Part shown: positions 35,910 through 52,035 of the stretch, one piece after another | Layout: every line of letters starts with the position of its first letter | How positions within the stretch are numbered: the stretch's first letter is position 1 | Source of the DNA: the human T2T-CHM13v2.0 reference genome, Homo sapiens | Assembly (NCBI RefSeq): GCF_009914755.1 | Contig: NC_060947.1 | DNA: 64,000 nt | Reading direction: 5' to 3' (one strand) | Made by a program: the position numbers and the translations under genes | The notes under the pieces: generated by a model | What the model was told of the DNA's origin: nothing | The model's input: the letters and a program-made list of their open reading frames with translations, nothing else | The model's database searches: none

Positions 35910-36020
35910 GAGGGAGGAAGGGAGAGAGGGAGAGAGGGAGGGAGGGAGGGAGGGAAGAAGGAAGGAAGGAAGGAAGGAAGGAAGGAAGGAAGGAAGGAAG
36001 GAAGGAAGGAAGGAAGGAAA
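35910..36020 (+). repeat. Polypurine tract with (GGAA)15
   Basis: 15 uninterrupted GGAA units at 35960-36019, preceded by (GGAG)n. Confidence 0.97.
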
Positions 36021-36794
36021 AAGAGTTTTCTTTGTAACCACAATGCTATCTTCACAATTAACAAAACTAACAATTTACAAATGTCATCCATCACTCAGTC
36101 CATATTTAAATTTCTAGACAATTGGGAACACAGAGGAACACTTTTTAAACGGTGTGATACTCTTCATGCAATCAGAGCAGATGTGTGTAGGAATAAATGA
36201 GGACTGGAGGGCTTGTACTCAAATCCTCTCAGAACATCCAGTTGACCCAAACTAGAATGGAGTCTTGCTAAGCTGAAAAAGCAAATTATCTCCTTATACT
36301 TAATCAGTGCAATAAAAAGGAAAAATGTGCATTTCAGTTTCGCCCTGTGCTTGTAATCTCAGGATTTCAAAGGTACTGGAGGGTCATGTTCACCCCCTTC
36401 AAAGGGCACATATTGGTCTCCCTGTGAAACAATGTGAATAAAAGAGTCCCTGTACATTCGAAGGGGGAACATTACAGTGCCCACTTGTCGTTACTTACAT
36501 CAAAGGCTCAGAAAAAAAAAATGATGAGGATTTGTACATTTGTCCATGAGCCAGGAATTGTCCATTAACTTTCTAAATGATTCGGTCACAGTCTACTGAA
36601 TTTGGAAGAACTGCCAAGGATGAAATAGCTTTTCCTGCTCAACTGGAACTAAAGGAAAGTGGCTTGAGACAGAGAGTGATAAATGAGAGAAAGATCAAAA
36701 TCACCGCAACGCCTACAGCTTGCTTAGAAGAGACTTGGCTTTCATCTTATCTGGTAGAGCTCCTCCTTGCTTGAAAATGAGTGCATTCTAGTTA

Positions 36795-37045
36795 CAGCTA
36801 ACATTTTTGAGCTTTCACTCCAGCCCGGGCACTATTCTCAAGACCCTATATGCCTTAGCTCATTTAATCCACACAACCCTTTGAAGTAGGTATGATTATC
36901 ATGCTCGCTTTTACAAATTAGGAAACTGAAATGCAGAGACATTAAGGTATAATTTGTCCAAGATTACAGAGCCAGTAATTGGAAGAGGCAGGGCTTGAAC
37001 CCAGGGCATCTAGCTCTGGCCTGCACTCATAACCACTGTGTTATA
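36795..37045 (-). mobile_element. MIR
   Basis: ctcatttaatccacacaaccc...ggaaactga...cagag...ttgaacccagg. Confidence 0.8.
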
Positions 37046-37267
37046 GCATGTTGGGAGGAAACACTCTGATTTGTATATACATAGTCTCGTCTGATATTGC
37101 CTCCATTGTTTACCTTTATCTCGACGCTTTTGCCACTGTCTTCATTAATCTCTCCTTACCCACCTGTCTTTCTAAATGAAGCTGTGAGCTCCTTGAAAGC
37201 AAGGACTGCTATGTCCCCACAGTGCTTAGCAATAGCAGACGTTCATTAGCTGCACATCCAATGTAAC

Positions 37268-37661
<394 letters not shown>

Positions 37662-37952
37662 CAAACTTGGTATCTTAAAAATGGAATTTATGCTTTAGCT
37701 AAGAACGTCAAATGGCACAACTAAATGAAATCGGTGGGTAAAAAAATGGGAGTCAAAGGCTTTAGAGGTTGCTAACTAACACATTATCAGCTGCTTATAT
37801 ATAATATTGAAAACTGTGACTTTACTGCTACCATTTTAAAAGAATTCATAACTTATTCAAAAAACATTTAGTCAGTATGGACCATGGAGTCTTTCCCTTT
37901 TTAATTTTTTAATAGAACTGCCAATGGACCATAAAATGTCCCCAAAACCCTG

Positions 37953-38196
37953 GTAATCAAGTAATTTATTAGCCACCAGATAAACCAACATTAAATGAAA
38001 TGGCCGTGTATTTTATTTTAAAAAATCAAAACAAAGCCTAGTCACTACTCTCAATGAATAATGAAAAAGACAAAGTAATCAAGTAATTTATTAGCCACCA
38101 GATAAACCAACATTAAATGAAATGGCCGTGTATTTTATTTTAAAAAATCAAAACAAAGCCTAGTCACTACTCTCAATGAATAATGAAAAAGACAAA
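37953..38196 (+). repeat. Exact tandem duplication, 2 x 122 bp
   Basis: 37953-38074 identical to 38075-38196 by base-by-base reading. Confidence 0.97.
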
Positions 38197-38433
38197 TAAA
38201 CCAACACATTCAGTTAACAAACGTTAAAGTTATAAGAGACATCAGTTCTAGGAAACTCTTTACGCTGGCCTGAATCATTTGAGGTTGGTCCTGTTATTTC
38301 AAGCAGATTGGTACTGAGGTGACAGCCATTTACCAACACTCTTGAAAGGCCCTGCTAAGAGGACATCCTGCTAACAATGACTCATTCATTAAACTAACAT
38401 TCACTGAGCACCTACCATGTACCCATGTTATGA

Positions 38434-38792
38434 ATGGTCAGTGGCCTGAATGTGTCGCCCCAAATTTCAGATGTTGAAATCCTAACCTCCAAGATGATGG
38501 TATTAAAAAGTGGGGCCCTCGAGGAGGGATAAGGTCATGAGGGCAGAGGATTCATGAACTGGGATTCTGCCCTTATAAAAGGGACCCCAGAGAGAACCCT
38601 GCCCCTTATGCCATGTGAGGACACGGTAGGAAGGCACCGTCTGTGAAGCAGGGAGCAGGCCTTTGCCAGACACTGAATCTGCCAGCGCCTTGATCTTAGA
38701 CTTCCCAGCCTTCAGCACTGTGAGAATTTCTGTTGTGTATAAGCCACCCAGTTAATGATATTTTGTGATAGTGGCCTGAACTGACTAAGACA
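38434..38792 (+). mobile_element. MLT1A-like solo LTR
   Basis: ctgaatgtgtc..caaatttc..atgttgaaatcctaacc...gccttgatcttagacttcccagcc...gactaagaca. Confidence 0.88.
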
Positions 38793-40422
38793 GCCAGGTT
38801 GTGTGTTAGATGCTGGACACAGAGATGCAGAGGTTAGGTGCACAGAGATGCAAATAGTTAGGGCTCTACTTTTAAGTGGGGTGGGTGTGGGAGAAGGTCA
38901 GCAGGAAACAGTTATAAAACATTTAGAGATCTACCAGGAGGGATCCAGGGAAGGCTTCTCAGAGGGGCTAGGAGCATGCCAGGTTGAAGTTGTAGTGTTT
39001 GAAAGGACCCAATAGAAAGCCCTTCCCCACTTGAGACCTGAATCACTCATGGACAAAGACAAAGAAGTTGGCAGTTGGAGAACAAAATATCATCTTTATG
39101 ACTGATAGGACTGGTATTAGAGAAGGTGGCTTCCACCTGCCAATGCTTACCCCCCAAATTAGACTGACCACCCACCCAGCATCCTTGAACCAGGGCAGAC
39201 CTTGCCCACTGCAGGGGCAGAGCCTACCTCTGGAGCAGTGGAAAATGGTGACTCCTTGGGGGCAGCTTGTACCCAAAAAGGACAGGGTGCACAATACATG
39301 CCCACATGTTGTCTGTATGGTATGAATAGTGTGATATAAATGTGCATGTGTGTATAAGTAAACTTTAATCTAACTCCTAGAGGTAGTTAGCTAGAACTTG
39401 AAATACCTACTCAGAAATCCATATTCCAGAGATGTTGAAGTGCTGCAAATATTGTTATCTAAATCTATAACCAGAGAATTTGTTAATACGTATAATATGT
39501 ATGTTATAAATACTTTTTATTGGTAAATGACTGGCGTTTGATCTATATCTATGTATATGTGTGTGTGCATATATATATAAGATATATCAGTCTAGAAAGA
39601 TTTTGCAGGCCCAACTGCCTTTGCACAAACGAAGTATAAGGATCTGGCAAGCTGAGTCATCTAATATCTTTGGAGCAGTAGCCTGGTTTGAAATTCTCAT
39701 GGGTCCTATGCCCGCCATGTCATGGAGGACTCAGCTGGAGACTTAACTATAGGATCGGCCAGTCCCATCATCAGAATTTTGTTGCACCCATCTTGGAGTG
39801 AACCCTTCCTGTAAGGTGCCTGTTGGAATGCACAAGGACAGAGAGTGGGACGCCCACGAGTTTATGAGACCATGTTTTTGTGCCTACTTGCTGACAAACA
39901 GACATTTGGTAGGATTTGTTCTAAGACTGGCTTTTGTTAGAACAGACCACCTAGTAGCTAGGTTGTCGGGTGGGGATGTATACTGCATCCTACTTTTCTC
40001 TGCTAGAGCTTACCCAAATGAAACACCACAGACTGACCACTGAAGAATGGCCGAATTGGACTGGGTCAACTCGCTGCAGCCTTTCCAAGCTCACTAATCA
40101 GTTGAGTCACTTCTCTCTAACCCCAGAGCCGGAGAGGGCAGGTGTGTTACACTTATCGCTGTCCGTTCACGGGAAAGGGGAAATCAGTAGCAGGGAATAA
40201 GAGATTCTCACAAACAGTGGATAAGCCAGTGTTCCAGGCAATAGGAACTGCATGTATGAAACCACAGAGGCCTGATGAGCACGTTCAGGGAATCATAAAT
40301 CATTCAAGGCTCCTGGAGTATGAAGGGCAACAGGGGGAATGGTGGGTGATGAAAGCAGACATCAAGGCAGGGATCTGCCGCAAATCCATACAAATAATTT
40401 AAGAACCATGGAGCAGTTCTAA

Positions 40423-40957
<535 letters not shown>

Positions 40958-41384
40958 TAATGATTGAGTACACATACAGGGTAAGGGAGAAAGGCATGTA
41001 GGGTCATCTTCATTTTTAAAGTCCATAAGTAGGCACAAGTCATAGAGAAGCATTCAATCTACACATATTTATTGAGCCACTAATGTCTAAATAATAGCAA
41101 ATTTATAGCAGTAGCTAGAAATTGTAATGTATAAAAATGGTCAAACAAATGGAAATAGTAGATTGTATTTCCAAAGATGACTGCCACAAACACAAATTTC
41201 CAAGTGTGAAATCCTTCTCTCTGTTGTCTAGAGAGTGCCTAGAAGCCATGAATCCCTTAATATGTGTTCCTCATGTTCAACAGACGATTAACCTCTGCTT
41301 AGGTAGTGCCTGGCATGCAGTAGTCTCTCAATAAATACCTGCCGAATAAATGAGACGATAAATCTAGAAGAAGCATAGTGCCCT

Positions 41385-41698
41385 TGTATGTCAATTGTCT
41401 GTTGCTGTGTAGCAGATTACCCCAAAACTTAGCATCTTAAAGAATATCGATTATCTCACAGTTTCTGTGGGTGAAGAATCAGGGGACAGCTTGGCTGGGT
41501 GGTTCTGGCTCAAGGTCTCCCCCAAGGCTACCATCAAGGCATCAGCTGGGACTCCAGCCATCTCAGACAGACTTGACGAGGCTAGAGGCTCCCCTTCCAA
41601 GCATACTCATGTGGCTGTTGGCTGGAGGCCTCAGTTTCTTGTCTTGTGGGCCTCTCCAAAGGGCTGCTCACCCATGGCAGCTGGCTTGTCCCTGAGAA

Positions 41699-41740
<42 letters not shown>

Positions 41741-41948
41741 TGTGTGTGCGTAAACAAGAGAGAAAGAGAGAGCCATGCCACCCTGCCTTTTATAATCAAT
41801 TTTCAAGTCACATGCCATCACTCGTGTCTTATTCTATTCATTAGAAACGAGTCACTACCAAAGGCCAGCCATCACTCTCGGGATAAAGGATCACACAATA
41901 TCAGGAGGTGGGGATCATTGGGGACCAACCTGGAGGCCACCTACTGCA
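41385..41948 (-). mobile_element. MLT1 (F/G-like) LTR
   Basis: ttgctgtgtagcagattaccccaaaacttagc...tatctcacagtttctgtgggt. Confidence 0.8.
41699..41737 (+). repeat. (GAT)13 microsatellite
   Basis: 13 perfect units inside the MLT1 LTR. Confidence 0.97.
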
Positions 41949-43452
41949 CCTTGTGAATTGTTAATAGACGACATAAGTAGCAGCCCCCAAATGCTCTGAC
42001 AAATGTGTTCTTTGCTGGTAAAGTGATTATAAATTATTTGTCAACCTTTCTCTCATAGTTTTGCAAACATGGTAACGCTATCACCTCTTTGCTCTTCAAA
42101 TGCAAAAGGCACTCACTCCAGCAGGTAAATGGACGGTAATAACAACTACCTTTGCACTGCAAATAGTCCAGGTAGGTTTGGATGAATTGCTTGGAGGCTG
42201 TTTTCGTTTGTGTGTTTTGAAGCACAAGATTGTTCCTTGACTAAAAGGAAAAGTTTGGTCTGTTTTCCTCAACCCCATCTTCACCAACCCAGCAAAACAA
42301 GATACCAGGTCAAACATAAAAAAAGACCAATGGACTCTGATAGTCCATTTCATTTAAACCTTTGTTCTAAGATGACCTGTGATAAGACAAGCAAAATGTC
42401 TCTATAATCAGGAGTTTTCCCATGAAAGCGGTCAGTGTTTTCCAAAGATCAAAACGTGAATTTGCTTCAGGGAAGGAAAAAAATCATTTTATTGGTTAAA
42501 ATGCTCACACTTTCTGTCTCATGAAAAATTTAAAGGAAAACTAAATGCTTTGTTTGTTAATGAACTTACTAAAGGGTGATTTGGGCTGTTAGCCAGAAGC
42601 AAAAACTGGTCTCCTAGGAGTATTTTCTAGTTGGTATGCCTTTATGGTCATTGGACGAGTTAGAGATTGCTGCCTATTTTTAGCCCATTATTTCTGCCGA
42701 CTCAGGCAGCGCCTGCACGGCTCTTCATTCCATGGGGTGCGTCTCTTCATGCCTGTTCCAGATAAAAACCTCAGGGTAAGCAATTAAACCTTCCCTGGGA
42801 GCAAACAAAGAAAAGTGGAGAAAACAATTTTTCCCTTTTACAGGGCATTTGAATAAAGGAATCCCAATAGAGAAATGAAATTTGTCCACTTGGTATCAAA
42901 TAAACTAAGAAAATTTCCCTAAATTAAGCTGTGGGTGTGAACATTTTCACACCGCCTTTCTCCCCAAACGGTTTTGCATGGTGCTGCCCAAGCTGACCCA
43001 GATGTTCGGCATCAGTCTTCCATGATGACGTCTTCGCCTTGGCTGGCGGGAGCTCAGTGTTTGCTCTAGCTGATTTTTCCTGAACTCTGTACCCCCAAGA
43101 CCAAGTGCATCTTAGACCTTTACAGTTTTGTATCACCTTGGCAAACTCTGTGTGACTGGTAACCTTAGCCATAAAAAAGGCTTTTAAAACATTTGTTCCA
43201 TAAAGTTTTTCCTTTGAAGTGTGCCTCTAGTTGGCATTTTGAATATCACGTAACAAACTCAGACTCGGCTTTTGTGCTCATGTTGGCCACGTGGCCATAG
43301 GGCCTATTAAGTTTTGACTCTGAGGCTGATTAATGGCTAGAAGCAAGTTTATCACCACCGATAGATCTTTGAGGAAAGGTAGCATTTCTCCTTTCATTAA
43401 CCAGCTACCTTTTCTAGCAAATGTTTAAGTAACAATTTACGTTGGCGTCGAC

Positions 43453-43615
43453 TAGTGCTTCTCCAACAGTAATGTGCAATGAATCCCAGACATCTTGTTA
43501 AAATGCAGATTCTGATTTAGTTAGGCCTGAGGTGGACACTGAAATGCTACCTTTCTGATGAGTTCCCAGATTATGCTGATGTTGCTAGTCCCAGACCAAT
43601 TTTGAGTTTCAAGGC
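43453..43615. mobile_element. MER5-like hAT MITE
   Basis: cttgttaaaatgcagattctgatt...ttcccag..tatgctgatgttgct. Confidence 0.75.
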
Positions 43616-44669
43616 CCTAGAGCTCACCCAATAGTGATTAGAAGGCAAAAATTGATTTGCTTTCACAGAAATTTAGTCCTTGCTCTTAGATGAGAAACAA
43701 CAGCTTCTCACCTAAAGAGATTCTCTCTCTGTCTCAGGGCAAACTTTTGAATATCCCTCTGGCTAATCAGCTCGAATAAAGAAAATAGAGTTTGAGCCAC
43801 TGTTAATCTAATAGTTTAGCGTTTAGATCGATAAACACGTTCCTTGCTTCTAATAATTTATAGTAAGTAATGGAAATTGGGTGGACATTTTTAGTGGTTT
43901 GTCTTTTCTCTACAAAATGTCAGCACTTTAGCTGTGGCTTATTTACTTCGTTTGAAGTGACCTCAAATGCTGCTCAGGAAACACTCTACAAGCTACTTTA
44001 AGATAATTAATCACATTGAACTAGTGATTGGCTTTTAAAAGCCTTTCTAATGCCAGTACATTCTCAAGGACTTTTGGTGTCATTTCATCAACCTCCTCCC
44101 CTCTCCTTTCTCTCTCAACTGGCTCATGGCCTGCAGACCACAGAAAGCTTCCCAAACTCATTGATTAATACTAGTAATTGCAAGTAGCAAGATGGAGGAG
44201 CCCATTTCTTTAAGGATGCTTCATCTAGCTTCAAGAAGCAAACTGGCTAAAAGAGACTGCCAGTGGGGCACCAGCTGACAGAGAATTAGCAGCAGACTAC
44301 AGAAAACCAACTCTGTTGGTTACTGGACAGCTGTCAGCAAACCTAGAAGACTGGCCACATTTAGTTCAACACACACGACTGAATTTAGCAGAACATGTTT
44401 GCTTTGGGGTCTTTTTTGTCACTTGGAGAATATGGGGTCTACCTGTGATTCGCACTGGACCTCTCTCTTGGATTGGATTGATTTGCCAAGGTCTTGTCAG
44501 AGTAGATACCCAGGACAGAAATAATGCAATTTCACAATTTCTATCTAAGTTGTTCCAATGTCTTGGGGGCCCTAGAACCTGTTTGTTTTCTAATAAGGTA
44601 GGGAGATTTACCTTAATTTTACAGAAAAAAAGAAGAAGCTACTTTTTGCTGCATTACCCTAGATAGAGA

Positions 44670-44875
44670 AGCCTCAGGAACCACACGGTCTGGGTTCAAA
44701 TCCTAGCACTGTTTCATTACTAGCTATATGGCCTTCACATAAGGTGACTTAAGTCACATAACCTCAGTTTCTATATCTGAAAAATGGGGATAATAAAAGT
44801 ACCTCCTCTATAGAGAGTTTGAAGGAATACCCCCCTGGCACAGAGGAAGTGCCCAATAAAAGCTACCTATTATTT
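44670..44875 (+). mobile_element. MIR
   Basis: ctgggttcaaatcctagc...acctcagtttct..atctgaaaaatggggataata. Confidence 0.8.
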
Positions 44876-45011
44876 GAATACCATTCAACACAATTAACTG
44901 CAAAATATCCAACATGGAGTATTGCAGCATAACCTACTATCAGTTTCTGTCTGTGTAATTCCAAAACAACAGATCAATTGTCTGCACCAAGTCAAGCCAA
45001 TGGTTTGGTGA

Positions 45012-45168
45012 TGTGATAAGGTAGCTGTACCTGCCCATCATCAGAGCATAGCAGATGTAATTGTTTCTACCCACCCTCCCAACCCATGAGGGCTTGAGTG
45101 AGAACATAAGTGATGAAAAATGCTTTGAGAAGTTGAATGTCCCACACCAAGAAACCCCACATACACAG
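45012..45168 (+). repeat. Direct repeat copy 1 (157 bp)
   Basis: About 91% identical to 46998-47153 by manual alignment. Confidence 0.95.
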
Positions 45169-45286
45169 TAATAATTACTATAAACTACACTAACATACTA
45201 CAACCCTGAATTTTAGTTATAGTTTTGATTTTCTAAAAACCCCATGTGGCATAGGTCAACCCATATCCAAGTGTGTATTAGACCTA

Positions 45287-45641
<355 letters not shown>

Positions 45642-46485
45642 TTAGGTGCTGTGGGAACTTTAAAGATGATGTAAGACAAAATTTCTGCTTTCGAAGGTTT
45701 GGCAATCTATGTTGGAGAGACCAAGTGACTGCAATTCACTAAGAGGACGGGGAGCAGTACAGATTCAGAGAGTCATGGGAGATTTTCTAAATGCCATCAT
45801 AGGAATAAAATATCAATTGGTTTATCTCTATTTGAAACTCGGCTTTATATCTTAATGAATTCCAATTCACTCCTACAATGGCCAAAAATTGTGTGTGTGT
45901 ATGTGTGTGCAAATTTGTTGCCCTAGTCTAGTTTAAAGCCACTATTTTTCCATTTTTCATTCATTCAGCAAATATTGATTGAGAGTATGTGTGCCAGGAA
46001 TTGTGCTCTATTTATTCTAGTTACAATTGTATACACAAGCCTGGAGTCCTTCAGGCAGTCGTCTTTGCTAAAATGAACAAATAAGGGTAAAAACTTTCCA
46101 CTCTTCAATTAGGCAAAATATCTATGTAGGCCAATTTTAAGGCGTAGGATTCGTTTTAGAAGCAGTCATTGAGACACTAGTGGAGAAATCCAAAATTTAA
46201 ATATTCATAGATGTGTACCAAAACCAGAAATGGTTCTCAGTACCTTTACAGTAAAAGCAGAGAGCCTGTCGCCTGCCTGAATGTTCCAATGTCGTTCCAT
46301 TGATACTTACGGTATTATTATAATATTAATGGTAACCTGATTGGTTACAATCAGACCCTCCCTTCAGGAATCCTGTAATAATATCCCAAGTTGCAGGATG
46401 CTGAGGGTAAAAAATCATTGTGCAACTACACAGATGGAGCCATTTTATGTCCAGCTACAGCACACAATCTTTGACACTACAATCT

Positions 46486-46830
46486 TGTCATGGGTAGTGA
46501 CTATCTGGGGCCGGTGGCCTAGGTGATAAAGGAATTTACCAAGACAGTAGTAGGTAAAGAAAGGCAGATTTCTTAAAGAAGGTAAGAAAATATGTTGCAA
46601 GGCTGTAATGGGCAGCACAGCAGAGAAGGGGCTATCTGCAAAGAGGCAGGGGCTGGAGGGAAGTTTTATAGGGTCTTGCTGGAGGGGGCTACATGTGGAA
46701 CAAGGTTGTACCCACAGGTTGTTTGTGATTAGCCATGTCTCAGGAAAATTATTCATTGTTCTTTCTCACCTGAGGCCCTCCTCCACCTGGGGCCCCTTCC
46801 TCATTGTTGCTTACTTATCAAGACTCCACA
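46486..46830 (-). mobile_element. Solo ERV LTR, 345 bp, family not assigned
   Basis: TG...CA termini with 5-bp TSD AATCT (46481-46485, 46831-46835); ttttatag is TATA-like on the minus strand. Confidence 0.8.
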
Positions 46831-46997
46831 AATCTGTTTATGAATCAAGAAATGTTATAGCTTAAATCCCAGGGCTCTCCTGCCCCCAACAACTCTCTGA
46901 AAAATGCTGGAGAATATGTTGAGGCAAACAGGTTAGAAAAGCTCAAAATAGAAACAAATGCTTGATGAGCGTATCACAACTGTTGACACTTCAGCCC

Positions 46998-47153
46998 TGT
47001 GATAAGGTAGCTGTACCTGCCCATCATCAGAGGATGGCAGATGTAATTGTTTCTACCCATCCTCCCAACCCATGAGGGCTTGAGTGAAATGTAAGTGATG
47101 AGAAATCCTTTGAAAACTTGAATGTCCCACACCAAAAAATCCCACGTATACAG
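46998..47153 (+). repeat. Direct repeat copy 2 (156 bp)
   Basis: Aligns to 45012-45168. Confidence 0.95.
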
Positions 47154-48110
47154 GGAAGATCAGTATCAGGGAAGGGAAGTCAGGGAAGATCTTGCTGTTT
47201 TTATAGGGAAATCTTTTCCCTTGAAATCACTTTGGAGAAAACATATTTTTTTTTTTTTTTGCCATTCGAAAAAAAATCTTTACTTATAAAATAGAATGAA
47301 AAAACTGAGCCCAAACACACAAAAGCCTTAAATTCATGCTTCTTATAATTTCCTACTGTAGTTCTGCTAGTTCTTAAATTTCATGATGCTCAAATTCTCC
47401 TTTTTGCATATCTTTTGTAGGTTTTCTCCCTCTCTGAGCAACGGTTGCCAGAGTCTTTTAGAATGACTTGTATTTGCTAATTGGATTAAAGGCCCGATAA
47501 CGGCATAGATTTTTTTTTTTTTTGCAACATCCTGGTTAACATTCCTAATCTGGGCAACAGATGTTTCCACACCTTTTTGCATCTTGTGTTCAGTGATTAA
47601 GGTAAGGAACTCTTAGAATCTTCTAAATGATTCAAATTCATTTTCCACACAGTTGAAAGTGGCAAGTCATTAAGATAAAGGCTTTGAACCTCAAATGTTA
47701 TAAACAGGAGGTGAAAGAAGGTGGAAAAGGGAGGGGAGTCTGTCCTCTTGTTCTTATTGTTTTCCCTATTTCTCTCAATTCTCAGAACCATCCTTCCATT
47801 TAATTTATTTATTGAAGCAGTTAATGCCTTTTATTATTCCATGCATATGGATAAAAAATATTAAAATGCACTTACTAAGTGGAAAAGGAAAGATATTTCC
47901 AACTTAGATGGTTACACCACTTTCATTACTGCGAGTTCATGCACCTAAAATACCTTAAAAAGGCAGGAAAAATTTTTTCCTGTCAGAAAAAGAATGTACT
48001 AAATTAAATACATGAATAAAACCCTCCCCGATTCCTCACAATAATTGTGTCTCAACTTGCTTTTCTTTCATTCAATGTTTATATATGTTTTGTAGGCCAT
48101 TGGTGTTTGA

Positions 48111-48504
<394 letters not shown>

Positions 48505-48809
48505 TGATTATTTTAATATCAAAGTTGAGGTCTGAATGAAAAAATATGGTTTCTAATGTTCAAGTAGTGTTTTTTTTTAAAAAAGCACAAAAGTCTTGTT
48601 ACAGCAGCACCCTAGTTGGACATGTTAACAAAATTAATTTTTTTAAAAAAGTTAAATACTACTAATAATGGGAAAAATCCTTTGGCTGTGTTTATTGGTG
48701 AGACTGATTAATCTGGCATTATAAAAACCTCACCTTTTCCACAACCAATATACTTGGAATCAAAGATGTGTGGGGCCTCTGTCTACATAGATTTGATACA
48801 AAAGCCTTG

Positions 48810-48945
48810 GTGTGCATAAAGAAATGGAGATTCTTGGGTCCTGCACACAGAGATTCCAATTTGATACATCTGAAGTTTGCCTGGGAATCTGCATTTTTAA
48901 CCAACAGCCCTAGATGATTCTGACGTTGGTAGTTCAGAAACCATT
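48810..48945. mobile_element. MER5A-like MITE
   Basis: gattcttgggtcc...ggaatctgcatttttaa...gatgattctga. Confidence 0.7.
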
Positions 48946-49369
48946 CCTGGAGAAGCCTGATGCTGTAGCTCGACTTAAGATCTGCAACAATGCAACCCAG
49001 CCTGACATCCTTCAACAAAGATCCTCAGGGAGTTGACTTGAAAATGGTTTGATATCTTGAAATACATTCAGAATTATCCTCAATTATGACAGTTGTATTT
49101 TGCTAAACACCTTTGATCTTGTCACCAAACTCCTCTCGCAATTAGCGAATATGCAAGGACATGTCTGGTAATGCTTTACTAAGCACATTATGCGTTTGGC
49201 CAGAACTCTCTGGTTAGATAGTAGAGATGGGGTCACCTAACTCACCCAGTTTTGAAATTCAAATAAAGTGTTAGGATTCAAATAAAGGGTTCTTAGCCTA
49301 CCACCATTATATATCAGAGTACTAATTGTCATTTAGAATAAATACTCATAAATGACATCTACATATATA

Positions 49370-49654
<285 letters not shown>

Positions 49655-50059
49655 GATATCTACATATTAAAAACACGTCAAAAGGCTAAAAGGAAGGGGT
49701 TGAAGACCCAGTTATTTTGACAATCAGTATATAGTATAGTCTGTTTTGCCAGACTTCACCAGGTATTGTTTCTGTTTCTCTTTCAAAATCAGTTTCGATG
49801 TATTCATGCAAGCGAGATTGGAGGCTTCTGGTGAATTCTAGAGTTCTGGATGGCCCCTGAGTCATTTGTCCCTCATCACAAACACTTGGAGGTGGCTACA
49901 AGAGAGAATGGCTTTTCTTCCTCTGTGTGAGTGGTAGAGCACCTCTACAAATGAGGCCAAACAAGCTCTCACAAATGAGGCAGATGGAGGAGCTCCTGTG
50001 GGAGCCGGCTATTTCCTTCCTCCATACTTACCCCTCTTTTCTGCTCTGTTGCCACCCTG

Positions 50060-50825
<766 letters not shown>

Positions 50826-51393
50826 GAAGGGTAATTGCTATTTACCAATGGCTCATTCCTTGCCAAGCACCATTTACATTAGCTCCTGTAATCTACAAAA
50901 TTTCCTTCTGAAGTGTACTGATCCTTCCACCTTTCATAAAACATAAGCTCAGCTAAGGCAAGGCCCCAGTGATAACCACTCAGTGGCTGAACCAGCAATT
51001 CCAATTCACATGTGCTCATGTACAAACATGGTGATTATTTCACGGCCCTCTCCTACCTTCCTGAAGTTTACACCACACATAGTAGCAGCAACAACATAAA
51101 AAACAATTTTGCTCTTCTATGAAGGGCTTTACAGTTCAATGCACTTTCATGTATCTTCTTTCATCAATAAGAAAATGTCCAATTACTAATTGGGGCAACA
51201 CCTTGTCCTGTTTAGTTCTGTTCCAGATTGAATCACGGTCCATGCGATTTGAAATGGTAAGTCTTTGGCTCAGAAAGTATCATGCTTTAAAAACCACAGG
51301 AAGGCTTAAAATAGACTGGAATATTCGGAGGTGCCAGGTATGAAAGAAAATCCACCAGATAAAAACCAGTTGAGCCAGTGTTTGGAGCTTTAG

Positions 51394-52035
<642 letters not shown>

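Noticed and set aside
39651-39660. ARE/AP-1 motif GCTGAGTCAT and other isolated TGA(C/G)TCA sites
   Set aside because: Isolated short motifs are expected by chance in 64 kb
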